A stretch of DNA of 63,860 nucleotides, counting the filler, from Phoronis australis (lineage: Eukaryota; Animalia; Phoronida), in NCBI GenBank assembly GCA_002633005.1. It is 9 parts of 9 records of this genome, joined end to end, with 100 filler letters (N's around TTAATTAATTAA, not from the genome) between each part and the next. Parts side by side here need not be neighbours in the genome. Positions count along the whole stretch, not along the records: positions 1 to 8,882 come from NMRA01001257.1; positions 8,983 to 19,254 come from NMRA01001764.1; 7 more parts are not named here. One strand, given 5' to 3'. The number at the start of each line of letters is the position of its first letter. Positions within the stretch are counted from its first letter, which is position 1. Of the stretch, positions 1 to 13,948 are shown in pieces. The notes under the pieces were generated by a model. That model searched no databases and was not told where the DNA came from. It saw only the letters and a list, made by a program, of their open reading frames with translations. The position numbers and the translations under genes are program-made.

Positions 1-2995
1 CTAATTGGAACACATAGGCGCATTTAGGGGGTCAAGGGCTGCCGCAAGCAAAATGAAACATCAACAGCTCAATGCGTGAGGAAATATAACTAGAGCCGGT
101 AATGGGGAACGGGGGGGGGACTCAGACCCCAGATCGTGGCTGGCTCTCGTTCCCGTTTTTTTCAATTCATTTTAGTCGATAGATTTCCCGATCAGAAGGT
201 TCACTTTCGGGACGCCTGTACACATACAACCGTGCTCTGTTCAATTCCCGGAGGCAACATGTTGGGGCCCCCCTTCTGGTCCATGATCTGCCACTGGAAC
301 ACTACTACAAAAAGGCACCACTAGTTTCTTCATCATCAGTATCATCATCACTAATGTCTCTCAAAAAATGTTGCTATTCTGTTAGTGTAATTAGTGCACG
401 GCAAAGATCTACTAAAGTTTGGTGAACTACAGGGCTAATAAGCAAACAAATTGCAGTTCAGTGTGGGAACGTCAATAGCGCAATTAGTTGACCTGTCAAC
501 CGTGCTTCTTCTGCTAGTTTTATTTTAATCGCACAGTGAACCTTTTACGTTCACTTAGTGATAACTAAACCGTTTCGATGATTTTTTTCGTTTTAAAATT
601 GCTTCAATTAATACTACAGGTACTCCAATATCGTCCGCATTCGTCACCATTCTACTCGGGGATTCCATTGACAGGGAATTCCCCGAGTATGCATGACACG
701 GGAGATAAGTCTTTATTTTGATACGTAAACCAGTCGACAAATACGGATTTTCTCATCTACAAGGATTATAATTACCATTTTAAAGAACTTAGTCCTAACT
801 GCTACAAAACTCATTCAAATTACAACAATGACGAAACGTTTTTCTGCGGTTTATTTGGCGCGGATACGAACCGACATGATCTCGCGAGATCCAGCCTCAT
901 CACCCGTTTTTCGCGGTATTTTGTAAATGTGATGTGCCATATGTGAAAGACTAGTCGCTAACCGACTAGAGCGACGTCTTTCGTGAAAATAGATAGAGGC
1001 CCATTGTTGGACACGATTACGTCTAGTTTCCTATTTTTTGTGAAATCGTGCAACCGACTTTCATGCTGTGACCACACGACGGCGGAATGAACTGTCACAT
1101 TTTTCCAAGCTTAATGATGTTTATAGCCTTTCATAATTAAAGTGTCCCATTTCAGACGGGACCCTCTCCGGTGGACCACTTCGGGGAAATGTCCTTTTGT
1201 CTCTGTACACATGTAAATTCGACACTGCCAAGTATTCTCGAGGGAAGCTGAGATTCCAAATTCATCAGAGAACACGACATTCGTGCACAGCACACCAGTA
1301 TCAAAACATTCGACCCCAAAAATATGAAAAAATGAAATAGTATTGAAAGTCATCGAAAGGGTGGAATTTTGGAGAACGTGAAGATCACTATTTGTTAATT
1401 ACACAGAAGGACTATTTCCGATGGTTGGTTATAGAGTAATGTTATAGTTTCCCATAGTATCACAAAAACAGTATCTCTTTTGAAAATGGTTGCTATGGTT
1501 ACTGTGCGTTGTTTGTAAGGAATTCTCACATTTTGGAAACACTGCTGTCGAGACTACCATTGGGGTGACAGTGTACTCAAATACTACCAATAATAAACAC
1601 ATATTTCAACGGTTTTTTTGAGGTCAAGATAAACTCGTGAACATTTATAGGTACCTCAGAAATGAGCAAAAAACCCTTAATACGAATACCCCATCTCCCA
1701 TGTTCCCCCGTTACCCGCCAAAATCTGCGAGCATGGCTACGGAAATTGCTCATAACATTCCGTTTTGATCAACAAATTCGTTGGTTTCTGATTTACATGT
1801 TTATTTATCTACGAAAACCGACAGGTTAATATATGATTTTTGGCAATTCATTGCAAGCTAATCTTTTATGTAATCATAACGCTTCAGGGAATTTAGTTGA
1901 AGCCTGAATATGGAAAAACTCTATAATGAGATCCCCAAATAGTAAAGTGCACTTGGACGCCTTTGCCTATCTAAAATAACTCTCAAAGACATCGATGAAA
2001 TTTGTTCAATTCCCAAAAATTTACTCACAATTCAAGTGACAATAAATACATTGCTTTTTGACTTCGGTACAAGATTTGTTGTTTAAACTCACTAACAGGG
2101 GATCATATAGTAATTGAGACATTAAATCAAGGTAAACGCATTGCTCATGGATTTGATTGTTTGTTTCTGATTTACATGTTTATGTATCTACGAAAATGGA
2201 CTTGGTGAGAGGTAGTTTTTTGACAATTAGAAGCTAATCTTGTAAGAAATTACAATGCTCCAATCAATTCGATCTGTCATCAGATCCCCAAATATAAAAG
2301 TACGCTAAACAATTTTTGTCTATCTGAAATAAGTCTCACAATTGAAACTACAATAAGAAGTAGATTACTGGGTTTACGTTTACAAACCGTAGATCGAAAA
2401 AGAAGTTTAAGTACTTAAATAAAATCTAAAGTTTAAGTTTACAAACCGTTGATCGAAAAAGAAGTTTGAGTACTTAAATAAATAAAATCTAACCCATTGG
2501 GCATCAACTTGGAAAGGTTCTCTTTGCACGTCCTTAATGTTTTTTGTTTCCAGTAGTATTGTGCAATGAATTTTTGTTCTTCAAAACCGTTTGTTTGCAT
2601 TTCCCGTGCATACTACACACACGGCATGCGCGCACCTAGCCTAAAATTTTTGAGGATGTGGACCTTTTACTAAAGAAAAAAAACGGAATACTAGTTTCGT
2701 TTAGGGCTATGAATTGAGCATACGCCGAATTCCTGCCTTTTTAGTGGACTTTTTTCTCGTTTTCTCGGACATTTTGTTTCTTTGAGGCGGACCATTTTGC
2801 CCATTTTTCCAAATGGGGGGTTCAAACGAGCGCGCATGCACAAAGCACGTCATGACTGGCACACCCACGTTAAAAATAAGGTGTAACCTTGCAGTAGGCC
2901 TGCGAAGAATCTCAGTTACCCACGGAAGCTGAATTTGAACTCCAGACGTTGAAATGTATACATTTTTGGGACACTCTGTATCATTTCTCTCAGCA

Positions 2996-3799
2996 ACCAG
3001 AAACTGGACTACCGACTGTGTTTCATCTAGGGATTCTGAAACGGCCACAAAAGCACTCATACCAGGCACCTCGGAACCTCACCTTTCCAAAAAAAATTTC
3101 AAGGAATGGCCATAATAAAATGAAGTTTTCCCGAAACTGGATCATAATAAAACAAACCTTGACCTTCGACCCAGAGCAGAAGAATAGGTATGAATACACA
3201 GTCGAAACACAGCTATAGATACTTCAGGCAGTTCCCAGCTACCCGTCAGTGCGCTGGCCCTAGACCCATTCTTGCTCTCCGCGAAACTTAGTTGGTTCAC
3301 GGTTACTCAAATCCTGATGGCTGCATCCCCGGTATTACCCCCCACCTATGGCGGACGTCGGGGATTCGTTACAAATATGGTGACATCCAGAGAACGNACC
3401 AGAAACTGGACTACCGACTGTGTTTCATCTAGGGATTCTGAAACGGCCACAAAAGCACTCATACCAGGCACCTCGGAACCTCATCTTTCCAAAAAAATTT
3501 CAAGGAATGGCCATAATAAAATGAAGTTTTCCCGAAACTGGATCATAATAAAACAAACCTTGACCTTCGACCCAGAGCAGAAGAATAGGTATGAATACAC
3601 CGTCGAAACACAGCTATAGATACTTCAGTCAGTTCCCAGCTACCCGTCAGTGCGCTGGCCCTAGACCCATTCTTGCTCTGCTCCGCGAAACTTAGTTGGT
3701 TCACGGTTACTCAAATCCTGATGGCTGCATCCCCGGTATTACCCCCCACCTATGGCGGGCGTCGGGGATTCGTTACAAATATGGTGACATCCAGAGAAC
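2996..3799. repeat. ~400-bp near-identical direct duplication around a single N (probable uncollapsed overlap or haplotypes)
   Basis: 2996-3396 is repeated at 3398-3799 with few differences, separated by N at 3397. Confidence 0.85.
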
Positions 3800-5924
3800 G
3801 GGGAGGGGGGAGAGGTGGCAATACAAAGGGGGTAGGTTGGCGAGATCAAATTGGTTTGTGCCCCTCCCCCCCCAACCTCCCAATAATTTTTTCCTTCATA
3901 CGGGCCTGTTTTAGCAAGGGACTTTTCATATTGGCGCTCTTTAATATAATAAGAACACGAAAGTGACTTCCGGTTGATTCAGACTCAGATTTGGTGGACA
4001 ACAAACCGTAGTGATTCATAAATATATGTTTTATTAGTGAAGTTCGCAAATTTAATTTAGCAATTTGACACCGGCTGGGATCCAAAATTCTGCTTTGATC
4101 AGCGGCAGCCATTGGCTTCACTGCGGATACATCTTCTCAGTGGGAAATGTATAAATCAGGACGACCTTGCTCATCAATTGTTACTTTAAAATTTGTGTCA
4201 TTTTTCGTAAGGCATTGGTACTTCCCATCACGCAGCAGTGGAGATTTGTCGGTATTCCAATAGCAGAAAAAAGTGATAAAACGTTGTTTGTAACAATAGG
4301 TTGAAAGCTCCCGTCTGCAATACATGGGATCCGTAGGTGGAGCTGAACGCTTGTCCTCCAAAAACCTAATCGCCACCTGGCGGGTTAGTGAACTCGTGTT
4401 CTGTGAAAAAAATTGAAGTTAGATAAAACAAAAACGAAAATATAATTTAGAAATCTTTAACAGGATTTTTGAGACTTTATATTGAACATTTAAACCAAAT
4501 ATAATTTGTACATTGTATTGACTTTGTTGTTAAGCTGTAAATGTACCTTTCTTTTTCGCTAAAATTACCTAAAGTTTCATGGTCACGTGTCCAAATCAAT
4601 GGAAGCGTGATATTAAGTCCGCAGTTAAATTCTACAGATCGTCTGCTTATAGAAAACATGTACTTTCACGTAGTTAAATTTTATAGTTTTGCAGATATTC
4701 GGCTAAATAAACATATAGGTCGACAAGGTGTTACATAACCTAAAGCAGGCGCGAACAGCCTACTCTAATTCATGATCGCTCACATGTAGTTATGAGGTAT
4801 GCGCAAAGCACTCTCCCTTTACTCGCACTCACAACATGTGACTGGTAAAGTTGCCGCGATTTTCAAAAGCTAGAACATCGTTTTCTCTGAAACGATCACT
4901 TACACCAACCCTTGAAACTACCGCCAAACACAAAGTTCTCATCAAGGTGGATGGTTTTTCGTAAGGTGGCAGCGGTATTCATTACTAATCGATTTCATTT
5001 TTGTTTAAACCCTTTTCAGTTTTGCCGTCTTCCCACCTAAATCATCAAATGCACGGTTTTACTAAGTGTTACTGTTTCAGACGAGTGAGAGTAAATTTGT
5101 TTTAGCTGGTGAATTCTTTCCCGATTCTGTATCCTCCATTTTGTGCTAGACGTTGGAGACAACGGCACTAGAAGTGTTACATGTATGCTCAGAACTGCTT
5201 GAAACAGTCTCGGTATCTTGGGACTCAACTTTTGCCTTCTTAAAAAGCGAATCGATAGGCATATAATTTTTTGGTGTTCTTTTGCGTTCAAGTTCTTAAC
5301 ATTCAAAGCGACCCATCTTTAGGTACTTGTGTACGTGTTAAGCGAACTATTAAATTGACATAGCTTCCGATTCCTGAGCCAATGAACGAAGGCACCACAT
5401 TCATAAGATGACGTCAACGATCGCATAATTAATACGCCCACTTGACACCTTCACTAACGTATAAAATTCAGACTTGCACACGAAAATAGTTGACAGGCGG
5501 CGAATTGACGACATTTTGAGGGAATTGCAGGGCTTCTTGTCCCCAACTTCCGGTGATATCAATGAGTAACAAGGAATGTTTCGGCAGGCACTTGACTTAG
5601 GGTCAGGCGTCTTTCGGGGTCAGAATGACATGCTTTCATCGGTCGTTTAAATTCGTCTTCACAACGCAGTAATCTGTTACAAAATAGATTAAAGTTTGTC
5701 GCGTAAAGTCACGATGTCGATAACGCCGTCCATCCGTAATTTATCGGTAATTTCCGTACCGTCCTTGACCTCGAGCCGTCCAAGATGGAAGTGTGTTTGG
5801 GCTTCTTGTGAACATTAAATTTGTTCTTTGACTGCAAATTTTTTACGAAGTCGCCGGAACAGGACACGTGAATGGTATTGGAAGAAAGAACAATTGCCAA
5901 TGGTTTGTTGAAACCTTGTTTTGT

Positions 5925-6056
5925 GTAAATTTATTGAGTTTTATGTTAGCTATGGAGGGCTGAAGTGAAGCACCCGTGGAAATTCTAGTCGGGATCTCGA
6001 GTGTCATACCTTGTAGTATTATATGTAGTGTGTTGGGGACGATCAGAAGCTGAAGA
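5925..6056. repeat. Dispersed repeat; second copy at ~63257-63380
   Basis: Both places share GTAAATTTATTGAGTTTT...GGCTGAAGTGAAGCACCCGTGGAA...CCTTGTAGTATTATA...GATCAGAAGCTGA. Confidence 0.7.
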
Positions 6057-7190
6057 CGCATGTGTTTCCAGAGTGCAATTAGTCTGTCATGGGTCATTCG
6101 GTGTTCAGTACGGTACTATTGTTCGTTTTAAATCAGTTTTAGCTGGTACCTTGATTACCTAACCTAGCTCAAATTTTCAATGGCATACGATTGTTGACAT
6201 TATGGGGTTTCTGGCGGGCAAAACCCAGAGTGTATTTTGTCTGTCGTGGGGCATTTAGTGATCAGTGACATGTATTGAATCACATGGAATTGTTTTTGTG
6301 GTACCTTGAATGTATGAGCTAGCTCATTTTGGGGATCCTTTTGGGGTTTCTGGTGGACCCTTTCCTGGTGCAATTTGTCTGGTATAGGTCATTCGGTGTT
6401 CAGCGCGGTACTATTGTCCGTTTTAAGGTTATTTCCGACCTTATTTAGTGGTCTCTATTCTAACTCGTACATCAAAAAACTAAGCTTTGCCAACTAGTAT
6501 ATATTTTCTGAAAGAAAAAAGATTAGGAAATATGAAAATACTTTTTGTATTAATGTACTATTATTATTTTTACGTAAAAACCTTTTTTAAGTCAAAATGT
6601 TATTTGTAAGAAATGTACGTTCATAGCAAAATAAACCCTTGGTCGATTTCAATGAAAACTTTTTAAATGAAAAATTCACCAGTTACCTCAAAAACTCTGT
6701 TAAAAATTTTCGATTAGTCTTTTCGTTTGCTTTCTTTGTCAAATCAACTCGCAAAACGTAAGGTATCTTTGTAAAAAACGGAAGTCATATGTCTTTGTTA
6801 CATTACACAAAAGATAGGCCTTTATATCAAAAATCCTAACAGCATTTTTGAGACTGATGACTAAATATTAAATTTGGAGTTTCAGCGAAATCCACCGGGC
6901 CGTTTTCAAAAAGTCGTGTTCCTAAGTTCAAATAAAGTCGATTTGCCGAAGCCGAGAAAAAGCCGATTCAACTGGGACGAGTGAAAATCTCTAAGTCTTC
7001 GTTAATTATTCTGTGAAAACTTGTTTTTGGTACACATAACCTATACAAGCCTTAAATATGTTCGCTATTTCAACATTCACTCGCAATGTCAACTGACTTT
7101 GTAATGCGTTATTAAATTACTTATCATTAAACGTACATTTCCCAGCTAACTCTTACTCTTGCGACGTTTTAACCTACTTTTATGGTCACG

Positions 7191-7581
7191 TGTCATAGGG
7201 CTCCTTTGTTCTCAAGAAATTTATATTTCCTGCCATCAGTACTTCGATCCTTTAGCAGCACTTAGGTTCGAGCTAATCTCTCTTCATTTTTTGCGTTCTC
7301 CGATCCCAGTTCCTACGTTCCCTGTAAGCATGTTTTTATTCCTCCCTCCGCTCTGTCATGCCAGTTCACGGCCTTTCTCTGGGATCACCCTACGTCCGCT
7401 GGCTGGGCCACTTTGCCCTCAGCCATGCTCGGTCTCTTGACCTATTTAGCCTCGGGTTCGATCCCCGTCTTGTCAAGCCAATTCTTGGGCCTCTCGGGTA
7501 CCACTCTAGCCCCCGGGACCCGATCCAATCTCTGTCTCCTCACCCGTGTCTATTCGTGTGACTTTTGACAAATTGGTGTCC
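7191..7581 (+). mobile_element. Candidate LTR with adjacent primer-binding site
   Basis: TGTCA (7191)...TGACA (7570) inverted ends, followed 3 nt later by TGGTGTCC (PBS-like). No coding region recognised downstream. Confidence 0.35.
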
Positions 7582-8619
7582 TTTGGACTTTTTATTCGTC
7601 CACATGCTGATTTCACGTCACTTCCTCAAAATGGCTCCCGGTACGTGATACTCGATCTCACCGCACACAATTTCATCTTGTTCCCCTTATCTTGACTCAA
7701 TCGTCTCCATGCTTCTCCTATAATCGTTTATATCCCCATGTCCATATAATTATTATGTTTCATTTTATTTTACCTCCTGTGTTATGAAGTAGTAACCTTC
7801 AGTGGGCGGTACTACACACCCATCTCTCCTGTCCACTTCAATGCCCGTGGGTTCCTCAATCAACCTCTCAGGAGACTGATACGAAACCAAGTAAGAAATG
7901 GATAACAAAAATCAAATCGGTGGCTAAAGCATGTCGTTAGCATGAGATTGAAACATTGAAATGTCAATATATTAATTGAATGAAGGAATTAGGGTTCGGA
8001 TTTATCTCACAACGCGCTGTGTTCATGACCACAGAGGTGTGAGGCGACCGTAGCACTCGTTCTCAACGCCAACGGTCGTACGCATGTAGAGGCACAACTC
8101 CCTTAGGATCAAAACTACGTTTTGTCTTTGTTTTCCCCGGCACAATTCTACCATAAGTACACCTCGTTGACTCAAAGTTATAGCGATTTTGTGAATGAAA
8201 GGACTGATTGTACACGAAGCTGTTCTGTACCTGGCGGGAGATTCGATTTGATTGAAAGTCCTTTAACCTTTGACCTCGGATAAGTGGTAAACAAATATCC
8301 ACCTGGCTGTGCGGTTCCAAGGTGGTTCTGTTAAATCTTTTTTCTCGTTACGCAGTATATATTTTGTATTTGAAGTTCCCCAAGAATGAAGATAAGGTAT
8401 TTTTCTAGACACATGTGAAATATTGTAAAAATGGCCATTTTGTGAATAAGGTTTGAGATAATCTTAAATCAGTTTTGGCTGGTAGCTCGAGTATCTAATC
8501 TACCTCATTTTTGGTTCCCTTGTAAGGTCCCCAGGGATCACACCCAGAGTACAGACAACGGCAGACGTCCATTTCTGTATATACTGAGGTGGACTCTAAG
8601 TGCTCCTATATGGTCAGAT

Positions 8620-8826
8620 GTTGGTATCTCGTTCATCTATGTTAATTCAGTGCTCTGGGATGCCGGTCTAATAAGGTTGTCAATATCAGAGAAAGCTTCA
8701 TATCACAACCCGCGAACGTATTCGGGATTGCAGAGACAAAGCTGGATTGTAATTTCGCCAATGCTCAGTTCTTCATTGAGGGCTACAGAGTGTTTAGAAA
8801 AAACAGGACTCAAAAAGGGGGTGGAA
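8620..8826 (+). mobile_element. CR1/L2-type LINE AP-endonuclease relic
   Basis: From 8718 the frame reads VFGIAETKLDCNFANAQFFIEGYRVFRKNRTQKGGG, matching the ET(K/W)L...GY...R.DR...GGG signature of LINE APE domains. Frameshifted upstream. Confidence 0.75.
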
Positions 8827-8882
8827 TAGATACATTCTGATCAAATAAAGAATCTCATACCAGGGCCGTAGGAAGCGGGGGG

Positions 8883-8982
8883 NNNNNNNNNNNNNNNNNN
8901 NNNNNNNNNNNNNNNNNNNNNNNNNNTTAATTAATTAANNNNNNNNNNNNNNNNNNNNNNNNNNNNNNNNNNNNNNNNNNNN
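8883..8982. other. Artificial 100-nt spacer (also at 19255, 28961, 39017, 43095, 47848, 58493, 61758)
   Basis: Identical 44N-TTAATTAATTAA-44N each time; the 12-mer places stop codons in all six frames. Confidence 0.97.
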
Positions 8983-10790
8983 CGTGAAAAGCAAACAAGG
9001 ATGTTGCTGAGTCTCGTAGTAGTTTGTTGAAAAGTGCTTCAATAGGTATATATGACTTCAGTCAGATAGGCTCACATTGCATTTGTTGGAAGTGCGATAC
9101 CAGAAGCAGTAGAACATTGGGTGTCCCTGGAAAACACGACTGACTGTGGACAGCATGCAGTACCAGTCTTGCATCTGCTTCTTCATGTGTGAATTTCAGA
9201 GTCCTCAAATCAGTCATATCCTTAGATGATTTAATTGACTTCCAGCTCACCTTTGAACCTCCTGCAATCATAACCTCTTTATCTTCAGGTGTCTACAAAC
9301 ACAGTTCCTCTGACAAGAAATGTGCTAGGTCTGCTTTTTTCTCAGCCAGTGTCCGAAAATTTGACCACTTTTGAGGAAGAAGTACATCACGGTCTTCCGA
9401 AAATCACCTGAATTGCCGTGTTCTTTTACTGCGCTGTTTTCTTGTTGTGTCCTTCATTGTTTCTTGTCTGTATCTGTCAAATACAATATCAATTTTATGA
9501 TATCAAAATCCTGTGTTTAGCACTTTTCATGAATAAATCAGCCAGATTTTCGAAGATCACATCACCATCAGGCTTCCCAAGAGTTACCAGCAATGCTTCG
9601 ATATCAATAATGAGGCAAGCGGACGTGTCATGAAGCTGAATTGCTTACAATACTTTTATGTCTTATCTAAATAATGAGATGTTCGCAAAAAAGCATTGAT
9701 AATTATGATTTCTAATTTAANCGGACCCGGCTACGGGGGGAGTTCAGGGAACCCCCTCCCCACCTCCCCCTCTCGGCGCCACGCCCCTCGGATTCGACCT
9801 TTGCGGGAATCCTATCCCCCCCTTACTGAAAACGTAGATCCGCTTCTGATTTTTGAGACCACGCCCGTAATTGAGGTGAGATAAAATCGTTCTCAAAAAC
9901 TATTGTTCAGTGGAACACAAGAAGACACCAATTTCATAGAACAAATCCCAGAAAACCAACTGAGTTGTAAAACTGAATCAACAAGGAGTCGGGAGCTAAC
10001 ACCTGACTTCCCATGTTAGCGTTTTTGATTGGTCAGCGCAGTAATGACGTGTTTAACGGTATGTTCCTGTCCAAAATGGGACGACATGGCCATGCATCTC
10101 TTTACAACAGTATTTAAAAGTCATGTTGTTATGTTTACAATACTTTTATGACTTATCTAAATAGTGAGATGTTCGCAAAAAAGCACTGATAATTATCATT
10201 TCTAATTCAATTTTCAGGCTTTATTAATGAGCATAAATTGTAACTTAGTGAAGATGAAATAAAAAGCTTCACATGTGTCATAATGATTTTTCTAGACCTT
10301 CAAAACATAGGTATAGACACTTTATTTGTCATGTTTGCCTGCAAATTGATAAAGTTCGGTAATGGCGGAAGCTAATTAGCATACTTGGGAAATTTAATGA
10401 CGTTCATTAATATGTTCTCAAAATTAAGTGNTAGACACTTTATTTGTCATGTTTGCCTGCAAATTGATAAAGTTACACCGATATTTGAATTTTTCGGTAA
10501 TGGCGGAAACTAATTAGCATACTTGGGAAATTTAATGACGTTCATTAATATGTTCTCAAAATTAAGTGATCTTAACACACTTATACTATGTTTTTGTAGC
10601 ACAAATTTCCTAATTATTCATCACATATTGTACTCCTGGTCCCACGAATGTTTCTTATCTTGTTAGTTTGGCGGCCATTTTGTTTATGCAAATTGGATGG
10701 TCAAAAACTCAAAATCCAGCTTGGGAACAGGCATAATCGAAATCAGCACACCATAATTATGCTAAAATGATAGGTTCTCCACTTTTACTA
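8983..10790 (-). mobile_element. Academ-like DNA transposon relic (HEEAD nuclease domain plus probable terminus)
   Basis: Minus ORF 9062-9271 contains THEEADARLVLHAVH...VLLLLVSHF, an XPG/PIN-like HEEAD motif typical of Academ-encoded proteins. The segment ends in ...CTA at 10790 (TAG on the minus strand). Confidence 0.55.
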
Positions 10791-11280
10791 AGAAATGCCT
10801 CTAACATGCACATTTTCCAGAAATACGTCTAGACTAAATTGTTTATCGAGAAATTTCTGATGCACATCTGGCACAAGCAAATCCAAAAGCGAATGTGGTT
10901 TCCTGGACATTAGTAACTCAGTCGGTGAACGTCCAGTAGTCGAGTGTGGTGTAATCCGATATCTGGCTAAATAGTTATACAGTCGTGTGTCCAAATCGCC
11001 ACTCAGTTTCTTGATGCCCTGCTTGATTGTTTGTACAGCCCGTTCGGCTGCGCCATTACTGGCTGGGTGATACGGAGCGCTGCAAATGTGTTTGTTGCCA
11101 TTGTTTTTACAAAACATGGTAAAATCCGCACTGGTGAAATCTGAGGCGCGTTATCCGACACAGTAACAACCGGTAGTCCGTGTGTTGTAAAACACTGACG
11201 TAGTCGTTTAACAGTAGCCTCGATCGATGTGCTATCGGTAATATAAGCGTCCACATATTTGCTGTGAGCATCCACTACCT
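10791..11280 (-). mobile_element. Gypsy integrase relic (element A)
   Basis: DAHSKY...VSDNA and SAPYHPASNGAAERAVQTIK...YRITPHSTTGRSPTELL in two frameshifted ORFs. Confidence 0.9.
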
Positions 11281-12053
11281 TGTATTGGTCAGTTTCGGAT
11301 GGCTGTCAAGCGTAATTCACTGAGATATTCCCATTAATGACAACAACGCACGTTTCCGTCTTTCAGTAACTTATTGTAACTCCCAGAACAACCCACAGAT
11401 GTCACTCTGTAACATCCCTTTCTCTTTACTCTTTTGACTAGACGACCTAATCAGCTAACGAAAAAGAGAAAAAAAATACATCAAAGCTAAACTACAAATT
11501 TCTTACGTACCATAAAACAACACATATCTTAAGCAACCGAAGGGTCAAATGGCTTGGTGGGTTTAACTGTTCGACCAGAACGACTTATATAAGGCTTTGG
11601 CATGGGGGTCTGAACGTCTGAATCATGAAAAGCCGCCGCCGAGGTTGGCTCCCGTATTTATGGTTGAACGAGAGAACTAGGACGTAAATCATTTGGCTCA
11701 ACAGGGGGCGAGTGAGCCTCCTGATTCACTGGGGAATGGGTAAACATTGCCAGGCTACCATTTGGAGACAAACCTCGATTAAGTGCTGGCTGAATATGTT
11801 TCCTATTACATCTGACCCCGCCTTTAGGAGTATCAACCATATAAGACCTCGGTGCGGGCATGAAGTCCATGAAGTTCCCCGATTATGTGGAGACGGCTTC
11901 GTGTAGACCATGATGTCACCCACTTCGAAATCAGACATATCAGACACAACACCTTTCGTTTTATGGTACTGTACTTTAGCCTTTGTTCAACGATGACTAA
12001 TCTCAGACTTAACAATAGCAGGAGAGACTGCACTTGGCAAAAGTTGTTCAGTA

Positions 12054-12274
12054 TGTCATGCTGATTATGGCATGTAATGTAATAAAAGCACAATGATTGA
12101 CTGACAAGGGCATACGATGTATATAATTGAACTTCCGGTGAGGGGTACGTCAAAAGTTGGATCGGGCAGTAAACCGAGAGCAGCTATAAAATGTGGAACG
12201 ATATCATCACATCNAAAAGATGGATCGGGCAGTAAACCGTAAGTAGCTATAAAATGTGGAGCGATATCATCACA
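12054..12274 (-). repeat. 3' LTR of Gypsy element C (one end duplicated across N at 12214)
   Basis: TGTCATG...ATCACA, adjacent to polypurine tract GGTAAAAGGGGGA on the minus strand. Confidence 0.9.
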
Positions 12275-12486
12275 TCCCCCTTTTACCAAGAAAGGAAATC
12301 CTAAGACAATTACAATCAAATAAGAAAAATGCGATGTATAAAACACTAGGCTAGTTCAGGTGGACTACTGAACAGCCACAGCATGGTAGGGGTGTTATTC
12401 TGCCCCGAGGTATATACAGTACCTGCTGTATGTAAGCTATCTAAAGTAAGTACTTAAGATCTAAGTGTGAATAAATGCTCATAACA

Positions 12487-13805
12487 CTACAAGTCCATCT
12501 TTGGTGGTCGTTTCACAATCCTGCCACTACGAGTATGGTGTTGCGAGTATGTGGGCAAGGTTGGGGTTTCGCGTACAGGTGGTTCTGCAAATGTCACGTG
12601 TTTGGTCTGAGCAGCCTTCGAAACATCTGGAGCCGTTGATACACTTGGTGTTATGGGGATGTCTCGTATGTGTTGACGGTTTCTTCGGAACACGTGTCCA
12701 TTTACATTTCTTAGCAGGAAGGAACGAGGACCATCTGCCTGGGATACTACGATAGCTGGATCCCAGCTTCCAGACACGGGGTGTTGTACTCTAACTTTCT
12801 GACCAGGGTACAGAGGTGGTAATTGACCTCTTTGAGTGAGTGTCGGTCAAAATATTTCTTCTGGTTCTCTTGTCGTTGCTGGAGAGCACCATATACTTGG
12901 TCCTTGTTTTGGTGATCATTTGCGATTTTCGTAGCATGCGGAGACTTGATTCGTCTACCCATTAGTAGCTGTGCTGGACTTGGCAAGTCATTTGAGATTG
13001 GAGTGCAACGCCAGTGCAACAATGCGATTTCAGGTGTGGTGCCAGACTGCTTGGCCTTCTTCAGGATAGTCTTTACAGTCTACACCTGGCACTCTACGAA
13101 ACCATTTCCCTGTGGTCTCCGAGGTGAGGTTGTCTCATGGTTGAATCCCCACTCCATAGCAAATTCACGATAGGCAGCGCTGGAGAAGTGTGGCCCATTG
13201 TCACTTACAACTTTGGACGGTATACCGAGCTCCGTGAATACTTGGCTTGTGATGTTTACAACAACGCTGCTTGGTGAAGGAGTAGGTAGCTGTCGTACTA
13301 CAGGATACTTAGAGTAGTAGTCGACTATGATCAGCCACTGGGACTCGTGGAGCTCAAACAAGTTGGTACCTACAACATGCCATGGCGTTGTTGGAATGTC
13401 ATGTTGCAGTAGTGGCTCCGACATCTGGGATGGTGCTGGCATATGCTGCACGACTTGGTGAACCGGTCGATATCTTTGTTTATGTTTACCCAGTACACAG
13501 TGTCCTAGGAGTTTGTTTTTCTCTTGTCCCAGGTGGGCAGTATGGAGTTGTTTTAGTATGTCTTCTTGCAGGGTCTGAGGAATTACGATCTGTTGCCCCT
13601 TTAGGATGAGGCCATTGTCTATTGAGAGCTGATCTCTTAGACCCCAGAATGCTCTGACATCAGTTGGTAGCTGCTTAATCGTCTCTGGCCATCCCATAAT
13701 GATGATTTCTCTCAGCTGGTTGAGTAGGTGGTCAGCCGCAGTGCAGTTTCTCAGTTCCTCGATGCGATTCGTTGAGAAGCGAACAGTATCAACTCGGACG
13801 TCTAG
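12487..13805 (-). pseudogene. Second, more decayed copy of the integrase region plus C-terminal tail
   Basis: About 12748-13805 repeats 13807-14876 across N at 13806. This copy has VGTNLF (catalytic D to N) and frameshifts. Tail reads ...RRNRQHI...TRSGRIVKRPPKMDL. Confidence 0.85.
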
Positions 13806-13948
13806 NACGATAGCTGGATCCCAGCTTCCAGACACGGGGTGTTGTACTCTAACTTTCTGACCAGGGTACAGAGGTGGTAATTCCTCTTTGAGTGAGTGTC
13901 GGTCAAAATATTTCTTCTGGTTCTCTTGTCGTTGCTGGAGAGCACCAT

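Noticed and set aside
4137-4376. Possible Crypton/tyrosine-recombinase relic
   Set aside because: Only a vague resemblance; catalytic residues not identifiable
8927-8938. Recurrent TTAATTAATTAA palindrome
   Set aside because: Always centred in identical N runs; an artificial all-frame stop linker, not biological
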